From NCBI RefSeq assembly GCF_904830925.1, contig NZ_LR882967.1, positions 3,618,106-3,682,105 on the forward strand: 64,000 nt of DNA, given 5' to 3'. The stretch is from Planktothrix pseudagardhii. GTDB taxonomy: Bacteria; Cyanobacteriota; Cyanobacteriia; Cyanobacteriales; Microcoleaceae. The stretch's first letter is position 1. Each line of letters starts with the position of its first letter. Made by a program: the position numbers and the translations under genes. The notes beneath the pieces are model-generated. The model did not search any database and was not told the DNA's origin. It saw only the letters and a program-made list of their open reading frames with translations. Below are positions 10,301-20,745 of this stretch, piece after piece.

Positions 10301-11641
10301 TCAATACTTAACCGTAAAAAGACTCAATAAATAAAGGCTCACGCTTTGCTTTTTCTGAGATAGGATATTCGCTAATGTATACCTGTGCTTTTCTAAGGGA
10401 TTAATTAAAACATGAATGATAATAACTGAAGCTAAAAGACTCAGTAATATACTAATTGTTCCTAACCAAAGAATCGATATTTTAAAATGAGATACTATTA
10501 TTAGCCCAATATAAATTGATATTGTATGGGTCAAATAAATAGGATAGGAGAGATTTCCAATATATCTGTCTATTGAATTGTTAAGAGTTAAATGAAATAA
10601 TAGAGGAATGATTATCATCCAACCTAAATGAGAAATCAAATAAGCATAATTCATATTAGTCAGTTTTCCGATTTGCAAGATCCCTAAGTTTATCAGCCAA
10701 AGAATAAACCAAACGAACCCAAAATATAGAATGTAATATTGATTGCTAATTTGTAAGTTTTCAGGTAGAAAATTTTTTAATTTAATTAACCAGCTTGAAT
10801 ACAACCTAAAGCTAAAAATTCCTAGGGCAAACAATGAAAATGCAAACAGAAAAAAATGATGAAGCCAATTGTTAAATCCCATGTATTGATAGAAAAGAAT
10901 ACGGATTGTTAAAGAGAATAACAAATATAGAAATAGTTTTTTGTTACTGAATTTTACGATGCGTGGAGCTAAAAAATAAAATATTAATTCAATAGCCATT
11001 GACCAGGCAACAGGGTCAAGTAAATATTCAACCAGAGGATACTGAGTCTCGAAAATATTAGGACTAATACCGAATGATGAAGGTAAATCATAGTTTAAAA
11101 CAATAAACCAGTTCTGAAATAAAATGATTAAATTAGAAAAAGTTGCAAAACTTATTAATAATACATTAACTATACTATTGTCTGAAAAGGAAAAATTGAC
11201 AAATGGCTCTAATTCTAACCATTCTCCCCACACAATACCGAATATTAAACTAACGGTTATAATCAGGCTACCAATTAACCAATAGGGAATAAAAATCCGC
11301 AAAAATCTGCTCCAATAAAATTCGACTACATTAGAATATTTAGGTAAAATCATTGCCATATAAAAACCCGAAATCATAAAAAATATTTCTACGGCTTCAG
11401 CACCATCAAGCATAACCCACGGAAATACAAGATGGGATTGATTTTCTAAACCATTAGGATTAATATCCAATGATACATGAGCAGCTACAACGCATAACGC
11501 TAAATACAACCTTAATATTCCCATATTGACTGATCCTGAGAGAATTTTGTCTGGTTTAATCTTGATGCTATCATCTATAATATGATATATTAAGGTTACT
11601 GTAAAACAGTAAGCAATCTTGAAAAGCCAATGGAAAATCAA
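10301..11641 (-). CDS. Acyltransferase family 3 (OafA/YrhL-like) integral membrane O-acyltransferase
   Basis: 446 aa with approximately 10 predicted TM helices. The N-terminal MGILRLYLALCVVAAHV with a conserved His is typical of acyltransferase_3. Confidence 0.7.
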   Translation of the reverse strand: MIFHWLFKIAYCFTVTLIYHIIDDSIKIKPDKILSGSVNMGILRLYLALCVVAAHVSLDINPNGLENQSHLVFPWVMLDGAEAVEIFFMISGFYMAMILPKYSNVVEFYWSRFLRIFIPYWLIGSLIITVSLIFGIVWGEWLELEPFVNFSFSDNSIVNVLLISFATFSNLIILFQNWFIVLNYDLPSSFGISPNIFETQYPLVEYLLDPVAWSMAIELIFYFLAPRIVKFSNKKLFLYLLFSLTIRILFYQYMGFNNWLHHFFLFAFSLFALGIFSFRLYSSWLIKLKNFLPENLQISNQYYILYFGFVWFILWLINLGILQIGKLTNMNYAYLISHLGWMIIIPLLFHLTLNNSIDRYIGNLSYPIYLTHTISIYIGLIIVSHFKISILWLGTISILLSLLASVIIIHVLINPLEKHRYTLANILSQKKQSVSLYLLSLFTVKY

Positions 11642-13453
11642 CCTTTAAAATCTAGTTTTGTCTTAACTTTAAAGTTTATTTGGCGTTACTGTTCTGAATA
11701 TCGCTATGCTATTTTATTGTTGCTGTTTTTGATGACAGTTCAGACAATTTTACAAGCGTTAGTTCCGGTTTTGACGGGGAAGTTAGTTAATAGTTTTAGT
11801 TATTCCATAGAGACATGGACAGTACCCGTCTTTATTTGTGCGTATCTAGGTGCAGCTAAACTTACTTCTTATCTTTGCCGAATTGGTGCGGCTGCGGTGC
11901 TAAGTAATACGGCGACACAAGTGATGAAGAAAATTATCACTGAATCTTTTGATAAAGTCCAACATTTCAGTACAGAATGGCATATTGATAATTTTTCTGG
12001 GAGTGTGATTAGAAATATTAACCGAGGAATTTGGGGATTTGACCAGTTAAGTAATACCTTATCGATGTCAGTTTATCCCAGCCTCTTGATGATGGTTTCT
12101 TTAATTGTTATTTTTTTTATTAATGGTTTTTGGATTGGAGTAACTGGATTTGTAGGTTTCGGATTATTCTTGTTGGTCACTTATAATTTATCAACTCATT
12201 ATTTAGCTCAAGGTTTTGAAGAATTTAATCAAATAGATACGGATCTCAATGGTAGTTTATCGGATGTTGTTATCTGTAACAGTGTGGTTAAGTTTTTTGC
12301 TACCGAAGATTATGAAAGCCAAAAATTTGAAGAAATAGCAGAAACCTGGCGAGATAAAAGTCAACGAGTGTGGTGGCGAATTGAAACGGCTTTTTCAGCC
12401 CAAAATCTTTTACTTTGGGTGATGGAAGTGGTCATTATTGGTCTTTCCATTTGGTTATGGTTTAAAGGCATTCGCACCCCTGGGGATGTGATTACTATTC
12501 TCACCAGTTTTCAGATGGCGCAAGGTCAAATGACCACCGTTGGAAATGATCTTCGCTTGCTACAAAAATCCATGATTGATCTTCAAGGATTGATCAATTT
12601 GGATGAAGTCGATGCCCAAATTGTAGACAGTCCAGAAGCCGTTGCGTTAGAAATTAAGGACGGATCAATTGCGTTTGATCAGGTGACATTTCGGTATAAA
12701 AATCAAACCACACCCATCTATGAAAATTTGTCTGTCACCATTGCTGGGGGTGAAAAAGTGGCTTTGGTGGGACATTCAGGAAGTGGCAAAAGTACCTTTA
12801 TGAAATTACTTCAGCGCCTCTACGATATCGAAAATGGTCAGATCACCATTGATGGTCAGAATATTCAAAATATAACCAAGCAAAGTTTACGGTCTGCGAT
12901 CGCCGTTGTGCCCCAAGAGCCCATTCTATTCCATCGCTCGATTGCGGAAAATATTGGTTATGGTAAACCGGATGCGACACAAGATGAAATTGAACAAGCC
13001 GCCCGCCAAGCTTATGCTCATGACTTTATTATGGGCCTACCGGAGGGTTATGAAACCCAAGTGGGTGAGCGGGGAACTAAACTTTCCGGGGGTGAGCGCC
13101 AACGAATTGCGATCGCTCGCGCCATTTTGATCAATTCCCCTATTCTGATTCTGGATGAAGCCACCAGTAGTTTAGATTCTGTTTCCGAAATTCTGATTCA
13201 AAAAGCACTTAATAATCTGATGGCGGGGCGCACAACAATTATTATTGCCCATAGACTTTCTACGATCCAAGCCGTTGACCGTATTTTAGTTTTTTCTCAG
13301 GGTAAGATTATTGAGGAAGGAAGCCAAGAAACTTTATTAGCTAATTCTAATAGCCATTATCGCGTCCTCTATGCTTTACAATCTAATGGTTTTCTGCCAG
13401 AAACACCCGAAGATTCTAATAGCAAAGTTGAGCAACAAGTATTAGTACAATAA
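11630..13453 (+). CDS. ABC transporter, fused permease/ATP-binding exporter (MsbA/type-I exporter-like)
   Basis: Six N-terminal TM helices. Walker A GHSGSGKST, ABC signature LSGGERQRIAIARA and Walker B ILDEATSSLD are present. Confidence 0.85.
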   Translation: MENQPLKSSFVLTLKFIWRYCSEYRYAILLLLFLMTVQTILQALVPVLTGKLVNSFSYSIETWTVPVFICAYLGAAKLTSYLCRIGAAAVLSNTATQVMKKIITESFDKVQHFSTEWHIDNFSGSVIRNINRGIWGFDQLSNTLSMSVYPSLLMMVSLIVIFFINGFWIGVTGFVGFGLFLLVTYNLSTHYLAQGFEEFNQIDTDLNGSLSDVVICNSVVKFFATEDYESQKFEEIAETWRDKSQRVWWRIETAFSAQNLLLWVMEVVIIGLSIWLWFKGIRTPGDVITILTSFQMAQGQMTTVGNDLRLLQKSMIDLQGLINLDEVDAQIVDSPEAVALEIKDGSIAFDQVTFRYKNQTTPIYENLSVTIAGGEKVALVGHSGSGKSTFMKLLQRLYDIENGQITIDGQNIQNITKQSLRSAIAVVPQEPILFHRSIAENIGYGKPDATQDEIEQAARQAYAHDFIMGLPEGYETQVGERGTKLSGGERQRIAIARAILINSPILILDEATSSLDSVSEILIQKALNNLMAGRTTIIIAHRLSTIQAVDRILVFSQGKIIEEGSQETLLANSNSHYRVLYALQSNGFLPETPEDSNSKVEQQVLVQ

Positions 13454-13471
13454 GTACAAGTTTTAACCTCA

Positions 13472-14236
13472 ATGGGGGATGTAGAAATGGAATCTCAAAT
13501 GTATCAAGAAATGATGGAGGTCGAAGACAAACATTGGTGGTTTGTAGCCCGTCGCTCTATTATTGAACAAGTGCTGAAAAGATTAAATTTACCGAAAGAT
13601 GCCGAAATTTTTGAAGCGGGGTGTGGGACGGGCGGCAATTTAGCGTTACTCAGTCGTTATGGACAAGTTTATGGGATGGAATTAGATGAGGATGCCCGAA
13701 CTTTTGCCAGTACCCTTCAAATCGGAAAAATTGAACCCGGTTGTTTACCGAATCATCTTCCCTTTCCTGATCAAAAGTTTGATCTCATCGTGTTGTTAGA
13801 TGTTTTGGAACATTTGCAAGAAGATCAAGCTTCTTTACAAGCCTTATCGACAAAACTTAAACCCTCTGGCTATTTATTAATTACAGTTCCAGCCTTTCCT
13901 TGGCTGTGGACTAAACGAGATGAATTGCTTCATCATAAACGCAGATACACGTTAGAAAATTTACGTTTCATTGTCAGTTCTGCCGGATATAAAATTAATA
14001 CTGTTAATTATTTTAATTTTATCTTATTTCCTTTAATTGCTGGAGTCGGACGGCTGCAAAATTTATTGAATAAAGGCGGGAATGAACAAGCTTTACCTCC
14101 CCTATTGATTAATAAAATATTAACGTTATTATTTGGGTTTGAGCGTCATTTAATTAATCGGGTATCTCTTCCCTTTGGAGTATCAATCTTACTGTTGGCG
14201 ACAACAAACAAGATCAGGATTACTAACTCTCCCTAA
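13472..14236 (+). CDS. Class I SAM-dependent methyltransferase
   Basis: Motif I is EAGCGTGGNLALL. Post-I acidic residues are present and there is a short C-terminal hydrophobic tail. Confidence 0.7.
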   Translation: MGDVEMESQMYQEMMEVEDKHWWFVARRSIIEQVLKRLNLPKDAEIFEAGCGTGGNLALLSRYGQVYGMELDEDARTFASTLQIGKIEPGCLPNHLPFPDQKFDLIVLLDVLEHLQEDQASLQALSTKLKPSGYLLITVPAFPWLWTKRDELLHHKRRYTLENLRFIVSSAGYKINTVNYFNFILFPLIAGVGRLQNLLNKGGNEQALPPLLINKILTLLFGFERHLINRVSLPFGVSILLLATTNKIRITNSP

Positions 14237-14431
14237 AACCTAGATGGTGAGTGTTATCTCAGGGAGAGTTAACGGATTAGCCCTATTGAAACCGAACGGA
14301 AATAGCAGGAGGCAGCCCTAATTTGATATCAATAATGATATCTTTAAAAATCGAAATATAAACGCTTTCCAGCTTATCATTACATTTCTTCGCTAATAAA
14401 ATAGCGTTGAGAACAGCAACCAACAATTTAT

Positions 14432-15622
14432 TAAGCTGTTAAGCATCTAAATAGGGTATAATGAAAAACCAAGTTTAGAAAAATCAATCAAAAGATGCCT
14501 GCTAAAAATCATTTAAATGAAAAGCAAGTAGAGAAACTACAGAAAAGATTGAAAGAGGAAGAAAATGGACAAATCCGAGAAAGAATCTTGATTTTATTAT
14601 TGCTAAATGATGGTAAAAAGCAAAGTGAAATTGCCAAGTTTTTGGGCTGCTCATTAAACAAAGTATGTTATTGGTGTGTACATGGAGACCCTGACAAATT
14701 AGAAAGCCTAAAAGATGAAAGAATGAAAGGAAATTATAGAAAAGCCACAGACAAATATATAGAGATATTATTAGAAACAGTAGAAAAAGAACCGGAAGAA
14801 TTAGGATATGAATTTGGGAGATGGACAGGAGAAAGATTGGCAACTTATTTAGAACAAATCACAGGAATCAAATTAAGTAGTTCACAAGTGAGAAAGATAT
14901 TAAAGGAAAAAAAGTATGTTTATTTGTGGGCAAAGTATAGCTTAGAAGAGAAAAGAGATCCAGAAAAAAGAAAATTATTTAAAGATAAAATAGAAGAATA
15001 TTTGAAAATAGCAAAAGAAAGTCCAGAACAATTACAGGTATGGTTTTGGGATGAAAGTGGATTTAATTTAAGAGTGATAAAAAGAAAGAATTGGTGTAAA
15101 AAAGGGAAGAGGAAACAGATTAGAGGAGACAGGAGGAAAGGAAGAGTTAATGTGATGGGAGGATTGAGGTACTCGGATAAAAAAAGATTTGTAGAATTTC
15201 TGGATAAAGGAAATGCAGATAATTTTTATCAAGTGTTAAAAAGTTTTTATCAAGAGCTAATTTATGAATGGGTATTAGCGGGAAATCAAGCAGAAGAATT
15301 TGTAGAAAAAGGAGCTAAGATCCTGATTATTCTTGACAATGCAAGTTTTCACAAAAAAGAAGAGTACCTAGAAAAAATTAAAGCAGAAATGCCGAATGTC
15401 TATTTAGAATTTCTTCCAGCATATAGTCCAGATTATAATTTAATTGAATTAGTCTGGCATTCAGCTAAAGAATATATAGCTCATCGACTCTTTAAATCAG
15501 TTGATGAGCTAGAGTGTTTATTACATCAGCTTTTAAATGAAGGACAGTTATCTATTAAATGGGGACGTAAACTTAAAAACAAAGGTAATGCTATAATCAC
15601 AGTTTAAATACACAACAGCTTA
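14432..15622 (+). mobile_element. IS630-family (Tc1/mariner superfamily) insertion sequence, copy 1, approximately 1191 bp including flanking TA
   Basis: Sequence identity with the second copy at 35693-36883 starts at TAAGCTGTTAAGC and ends at ...ACACAACAGCTTA. The ends are imperfect inverted repeats (TAAGCTGTT / AACAGCTTA) flanked by TA, the classical IS630 target duplication. Confidence 0.8.
14495..15607 (+). CDS. IS630-family transposase (HTH + DDE/D)
   Basis: 370 aa with an N-terminal helix-turn-helix. The catalytic region contains WFWDESGF, ILDNASFH and YSPDYNLIE, which together resemble an IS630/Tc1 DD(34)E arrangement. It is identical to ORF 35756..36868. Confidence 0.85.
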   Translation: MPAKNHLNEKQVEKLQKRLKEEENGQIRERILILLLLNDGKKQSEIAKFLGCSLNKVCYWCVHGDPDKLESLKDERMKGNYRKATDKYIEILLETVEKEPEELGYEFGRWTGERLATYLEQITGIKLSSSQVRKILKEKKYVYLWAKYSLEEKRDPEKRKLFKDKIEEYLKIAKESPEQLQVWFWDESGFNLRVIKRKNWCKKGKRKQIRGDRRKGRVNVMGGLRYSDKKRFVEFLDKGNADNFYQVLKSFYQELIYEWVLAGNQAEEFVEKGAKILIILDNASFHKKEEYLEKIKAEMPNVYLEFLPAYSPDYNLIELVWHSAKEYIAHRLFKSVDELECLLHQLLNEGQLSIKWGRKLKNKGNAIITV

Positions 15623-15851
15623 GCCAGTTAGACGAGATAGAAGGTAAAGCATCTAATTGGCTTAAAAGGGGTAAGTTAGCAACGGAGAAGATGGGTGAGA
15701 GAAATTCAATAGATGTCATTGTCTTATCTTTAAGTCCCTATGGTTTAATGGTTGGATTGCTAAGAATAGAATTTTAGCATATAATGAAAAAAACGTAAAC
15801 TCGGTTATTTTCTGCTGATCGGAGTTAATCTTAATAAATCATGACAGAATC

Positions 15852-16106
15852 GTGATCTCAGCAGTCCTAGACGTTATTAACCCAGATTATGCCCATTTTC
15901 TCCTTTCCTCAAACTCTACTTTGATGACCACCAGCAAAATAATATTACTAGAACAAAAGCTGCCTAATGTTCTAACCAAACCCCTGAATTTAATTTTATT
16001 ATTTATTGCTTTATTTTGCCTATCTTTTGGATTTGTGACTGTATTTTTGCTCTTAGAACCTGTGATTACCGCGATTTTAGCTTGGATAATCTTTGCTGAA
16101 CATTAG
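15852..16106 (+). pseudogene. Remnant of an EamA/DMT-family transporter gene (C-terminal fragment)
   Basis: 84-aa ORF ending ...LEPVITAILAWIIFAEH, which looks like the last EamA helix. The surrounding sequence has no matching upstream half. The stop codon overlaps the inverted repeat of the adjacent IS. Confidence 0.4.
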
Positions 16107-17249
16107 ACATCTCCAAAATAGAAAAAAGGAGGGGTAAAAAGATGATAAAATTAAATTTTACCCCGGATTAGAGATGAGTAAATTAAGAGACTATCTGGAC
16201 AAGAATCCCCAGCAAGCAAAAAGGCTATTAGGGATGGAATATGAACAGATGATAGAACTCATTCAAGCTGCGGAGTTATTAGAAGAAGAAAAACGACAGG
16301 AAAAAGAAAAAACTAAAATCAGGTTGATTAAAGCAGGTGGGGGTCGTCGGCAGAAATTATCTGTGGAGGAACAAATCTTACTGACTCTAATTTATCTGCA
16401 TCAAATGCCCACATTTCAAATGTTAGGGTTACAGTTTGAAGTCAGTGAATCAACAGCGAATGATATTTTCCATAACTGGATAAAAATCTTGAGAGAATTA
16501 CTACCAGCGAGTTTGCTAGAGCAAGTAAAAAAAAACGAGAGTGATTGGGAGTGGGTAGAAAAAATTCTGGTGGAATTTGAGTTAGTAGTAGATAGCTATG
16601 AACAGCCCAGGGAAAGACCAACAGACAATGAAGAGCAGAAAAAATATTACTCAGGAAAGAAAAAGACACATACCTTTAAAAATCAAGTCATTGTCATGCC
16701 AAATGGAAAAGAAATAGTGGATGTAGCTGTGGGTTATACCGGAGCAACAAGTGATCTGAAATTGTGGAGAGAAAGAAGCCAGGAATTGGGGAATAATCAA
16801 AAATACAGAGGGGATAAAGCTTATGTAGGAGAAACAGCAATTAATACACCACATAAGAAACCGAGGAATCAAGAGATATCGGCTGAAAAGCAAGAAGAAA
16901 ATCGATTAAAAGCTAAACAAAGGATTGTAGTCGAACATTTAATAAGACTGATAAAAATTTATCGAGTTGCTTCAGAAAGATTTCGGTTAAAGAGGCAAAA
17001 TTATGAAGCAATAATCTTGACAGTATGTGGATTAATAAGATGGCGAATAGGAGCGATTGTATTACCATCTAAGAATTGCCCAGAATTCTTTTGAGAAATG
17101 ATTGCATATCAGAGATAAAATTCATTAGTTATTATTAATGTGACTGAAAAAGCCTATGAATCCGTTACTTTTGGAGAAGCCGGCACAGGAGTGCTAGAGA
17201 TTCCAAAAGTAGCGATAGAGGGCATTTGGAGATTTTCGGAGATGTCTAA
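16103..17249 (+). mobile_element. IS element (IS5-family / Harbinger-like, DDE_Tnp_4 transposase), approximately 1147 bp
   Basis: The left end is TTAGACATCTCCAAAAT at 16103. The right end GGAGATGTCTAA at 17238-17249 is preceded by TTTTCG, which is the imperfect reverse complement TTAGACATCTCCGAAAAT. A single transposase ORF lies inside. Confidence 0.6.
16174..17094 (+). CDS. DDE_Tnp_4-type transposase (IS5 family, PIF/Harbinger-like)
   Basis: 306 aa with an N-terminal HTH-like region. YYSGKKKTHTFKNQ and the downstream D/E blocks are typical of the DDE_Tnp_4 nuclease domain. Confidence 0.7.
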   Translation: MSKLRDYLDKNPQQAKRLLGMEYEQMIELIQAAELLEEEKRQEKEKTKIRLIKAGGGRRQKLSVEEQILLTLIYLHQMPTFQMLGLQFEVSESTANDIFHNWIKILRELLPASLLEQVKKNESDWEWVEKILVEFELVVDSYEQPRERPTDNEEQKKYYSGKKKTHTFKNQVIVMPNGKEIVDVAVGYTGATSDLKLWRERSQELGNNQKYRGDKAYVGETAINTPHKKPRNQEISAEKQEENRLKAKQRIVVEHLIRLIKIYRVASERFRLKRQNYEAIILTVCGLIRWRIGAIVLPSKNCPEFF

Positions 17250-17332
17250 TTAGGAATCGTTAACTGTCTAGCTTTTATCCTGATTCTCCTGGGAATTTAT
17301 ATTGCTAAAACGGGTCAAGGGGCTGAGAAAAG

Positions 17333-18280
17333 TTAAAAATGATCATCAATCAGATATTTCAAAGCGAAACGAGACGCATAAATTATTTCTTTTTTATCGT
17401 TTTGTCCGGGTAAAATTCCCTCATAGAGTAAATTTTCCGCCTCAGTTTTATTACTTAAACGAACAAAGCTTAAATGTTCTTCCCAACCCTGAGATTTAAA
17501 ATGATTTTCATCTATCCCCGTATTCACAGCAAAAACTAAATCGGTTTCGCTGGTAAATGGATTTCCCGCCATCCCAATTAAACGAGTATTACTTTTATCT
17601 AATGGCAAATCAATCCTGGCTTCTTCTTTTAATTCTCGTTGAGCATCTTGATAAAAATTAATCTGCTCAATTTGTTCGTTAAATGTCGCCAAACCTGCTA
17701 CAAAATTAAGGAACCCAGGACGATCAATATTGCCAACACGTTCCCCAATATAAACCGTACCTTGGGCGGTAATGGGAATCACAGTAACCGCTAAAGCCCT
17801 AGCAAAATAAACAAAGGGATCTTGATAAATTTGTAACCCCTTCAACATTAATTTTAACGCTTCTAGTTTAGACCGAGAACAATCTTGATGATAACGGGGA
17901 TAAGTCGTTGGCCCCACCTCTAAGATTAGCCGTTCTTCTTCTCGTTTCCAATAACCCGCAATCTCACCTCCTGACCAGCGAATTTTACGATCATCATAGT
18001 CGTTAGGATTAGTACCATCAGTGATGATCCCGTTGCTAATTTGAGGCTGAATTACCGTTTTTAAATAGGTGTCAAAATCCGTATCAATCAGTTCTCCCTC
18101 TAAATTTTGCGGGCCATAACCTGCTGTTACCTGAATTTGAGTAATATTTTCGACTTGTTGCGGTGTTACCCAATCAATCAAACTGTCATCCTTGATCAAG
18201 GCTTGAGCGAGTTTTTCCCCTTGAGAAATCCCAGTTAATTGATTAATAACCGCCTCTAAAGATTGAAGATAATCCTTCAT
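17333..18280 (-). CDS. Hypothetical protein, likely co-transcribed with the upstream sugar aminotransferase
   Basis: 315-aa ORF with good coding character. Its ATG overlaps the stop of the DegT gene (ATGA at 18277-18280). I recognise no family. Confidence 0.4.
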   Translation of the reverse strand: MKDYLQSLEAVINQLTGISQGEKLAQALIKDDSLIDWVTPQQVENITQIQVTAGYGPQNLEGELIDTDFDTYLKTVIQPQISNGIITDGTNPNDYDDRKIRWSGGEIAGYWKREEERLILEVGPTTYPRYHQDCSRSKLEALKLMLKGLQIYQDPFVYFARALAVTVIPITAQGTVYIGERVGNIDRPGFLNFVAGLATFNEQIEQINFYQDAQRELKEEARIDLPLDKSNTRLIGMAGNPFTSETDLVFAVNTGIDENHFKSQGWEEHLSFVRLSNKTEAENLLYEGILPGQNDKKEIIYASRFALKYLIDDHF

Positions 18281-19386
18281 GATCCCGAATAAAATTCACG
18301 GATCTTTTCAATCACATAATTTTGTTCTTCTGGTTTCAATCCATAAGATGAAGGTAAAGAAATGCCCCGTTCATAAGCTTGGGCACTAATAGGATAATTT
18401 CGCTCAGGATTCATCCATTCTTGATTTTGATAACAAGGTTGTAAATGTAATGGACAGAAAAATCGCCGCGTTTGAATGCCATTTTCCGCTAAATAATCGG
18501 CTAATTCAGCCCGTTGATTGGTATAACAGGAGGTAAACCAATGAACAGGTTCGCAACGCGAATCAATCGGCATAATTTGCAGTTCAGGAATATCTTTTAG
18601 TCCGGCTACATAGCGATCATAAATCTCTTGTTTGCGTTGAATAATGGCAGGTAATTTTTGTAACTGAGCAACTCCAATTGCAGATTGCATTTCCGTAATC
18701 GAAAAGTTAAACCCAATATGTTCATGTACAAAGGTTCCCCGATGATCTCGACCGTGATTTTTAAGACGACGACAGGATTGAGCAATAATATCACTATTGG
18801 TTAAAATAATGCCGCCTTCACCACAGGTAATGGTTTTATTCCCATAAAAAGAAATGGCACTCACATCTCCCCGAAGCCCAATATGCTCCCCTTTAAACTG
18901 TACCCCAATCGATTGAGCGGCATCTTCAATAACTTTTAAATGGTGACGAGTAGCAAACTCAATAATTTTTTCCATGTCTGCACTTTGTCCATATAAATGA
19001 ACAGGCATAATGGCTTTTGTTCGTTCAGTTATTAACGCTTCAGCTTCTCTAACATCTATACCCAAGTTATCTTTCTCAATATCACAAAATATCGGTGTTG
19101 CTCCGGTCATAATAATGGCATTAGAAGACGCAACAAAGGTTAAATCAGGAACCAAAACTTCGTCCCCAAAACCAATTCCTAATGCTTTTAATCCACAATA
19201 TAACGCGGTGGTTCCATTGGATGTAGCGATCGCATATTTTGCTCCCGTTAAACTTTTAATCCCTTCTTCAAATTCTTGGGTAATTTTATGCTCGGTCAGA
19301 TAAGTCGATTCAATCACTCGTTTAAGTTGCACCAGTTCACTTTCATCAATCCAGGGTTCAATTTGAATAATTTTGGGTTTCGACAT
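18277..19386 (-). CDS. DegT/DnrJ/EryC1/StrS-family PLP-dependent sugar aminotransferase
   Basis: 369 aa. The family fold runs throughout. The PLP lysine region is SFYGNKTITCGEGG, and DAAQSIG and HLYGQ motifs are present. Confidence 0.85.
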   Translation of the reverse strand: MSKPKIIQIEPWIDESELVQLKRVIESTYLTEHKITQEFEEGIKSLTGAKYAIATSNGTTALYCGLKALGIGFGDEVLVPDLTFVASSNAIIMTGATPIFCDIEKDNLGIDVREAEALITERTKAIMPVHLYGQSADMEKIIEFATRHHLKVIEDAAQSIGVQFKGEHIGLRGDVSAISFYGNKTITCGEGGIILTNSDIIAQSCRRLKNHGRDHRGTFVHEHIGFNFSITEMQSAIGVAQLQKLPAIIQRKQEIYDRYVAGLKDIPELQIMPIDSRCEPVHWFTSCYTNQRAELADYLAENGIQTRRFFCPLHLQPCYQNQEWMNPERNYPISAQAYERGISLPSSYGLKPEEQNYVIEKIREFYSGS

Positions 19387-19710
19387 GATCTCAATTCAAA
19401 ATATGAAAATGGGTATTCCTAGTTAGGAACGCACGGGATTTTAACCTTACTTAGCCTTTATACCACAAAAGTTAAACTCTCGTTAAAGTTTAAATTACTT
19501 TACTTTAACCCAATTTCGATAGGAAATAGGTAAAAGTAAAATACTACAAAAGAGGTTCTCCCGTACTTCAGATGATCCAGTGACGTTATCCTCTCACTCC
19601 ATAGGCTTTTTCAGCTTAGTGCTTCCAGAACTTTAGATTAAATTTTACTTCTTATATCGAGTATTGGGGACAGACCAAAGCCCAGTAAGAAACCCCCATT
19701 CTAAATTTTA

Positions 19711-20706
19711 TTAACCAAATAAAAATAACCACAGAGGTAAGGTTAATAATAAGAGTGTAGAACCCATCGCTAAATTTGTAACCGCTAATTCCCGATCTAA
19801 ATTAAAGGCTTCAGCTAAAACTAAGGTTGCAAAAGCGGGAGGAGTTGCCATTTGAAGCACTAAAACTAATAAAGGAGATCCGGTTAATCCCAATAGCATT
19901 AATCCATAGCCTAATGCCAAAGGTACAATTAACATTTTAATTCCTAAACTTACAGAGGCAGTTTGAAAATAGCGCCAAGAATGAAGCTGACTTAAACGCA
20001 TTCCCATCAAGACTAATGTTAACGCAACACTACCCCAAGCAATTCCCTTTAATCCCTGTTCAATCGGATCAGCTACCGGAATATTTCGTACCATTAAACC
20101 GATCACCATACTAATTAAAGCCGGGTTCGTTAATGATACTGCAACTAATTGCCAAGGGTCTTGTTTTCCCATTCCAAATCTTGCCGCTAAAGCCACGCCT
20201 AATCCATAGGCGCCAATGACCGTTCCTAGTCCATCATAAAACACCGCCCAACCGAAATATTGGGGGCCGACTAAGGCTAAACTAACCGGAAAACCAATAT
20301 ATCCCGTATTCCCCACCATTGAAGCTAATAAAAAACTGCCTTGAGCAGGTAAAGATTGGGGTAAAATATTGAATTTAGGAATACGGCTTTGCCAATGTAA
20401 CCCCATCCAAGCTAATCCAGCACCGAGGAAAATAGCAGCCCAAGCCACTAAGGGAGCAATCCAAATCGAACCGGATAAATCCGCTTTTCTTAAAAATGCC
20501 ATAATTGCGATCGGAACAATTGCCCAATATAAAATTTTTCCTAAATAATAGGGAACAATAGCGGGTAATTTCCGACCTAAAATCCATCCGATTAAAACGC
20601 CACCTATTAGCCATTCATAAAGTGTTAGAAGTTGAGTTACAGAATGAGACATAAAGATTAGGTGTTGACTGTTGAGCATGAACGGTTGACGGTTAGCCGT
20701 CAACAT
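19711..20706 (-). CDS. AEC-family (auxin efflux carrier / malate permease-like) membrane transporter
   Basis: Approximately 310 aa with 10 predicted TM helices in two 5-TM halves separated by a short loop. The start is probably the internal MSHSVTQLL... Confidence 0.55.
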   Translation of the reverse strand: MLTANRQPFMLNSQHLIFMSHSVTQLLTLYEWLIGGVLIGWILGRKLPAIVPYYLGKILYWAIVPIAIMAFLRKADLSGSIWIAPLVAWAAIFLGAGLAWMGLHWQSRIPKFNILPQSLPAQGSFLLASMVGNTGYIGFPVSLALVGPQYFGWAVFYDGLGTVIGAYGLGVALAARFGMGKQDPWQLVAVSLTNPALISMVIGLMVRNIPVADPIEQGLKGIAWGSVALTLVLMGMRLSQLHSWRYFQTASVSLGIKMLIVPLALGYGLMLLGLTGSPLLVLVLQMATPPAFATLVLAEAFNLDRELAVTNLAMGSTLLLLTLPLWLFLFG

Positions 20707-20745
20707 GAAGTATTATAAAATTCAGCCTTTAATGGATGTGCAGGA

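Noticed and set aside
14502-14843. 113-aa antisense ORF inside the IS630 transposase gene (the same ORF recurs at 35763..36104)
   Set aside because: It lies entirely within the opposite strand of a well-supported transposase gene, has low-complexity hydrophobic composition and is duplicated only because the IS is duplicated. It is spurious.
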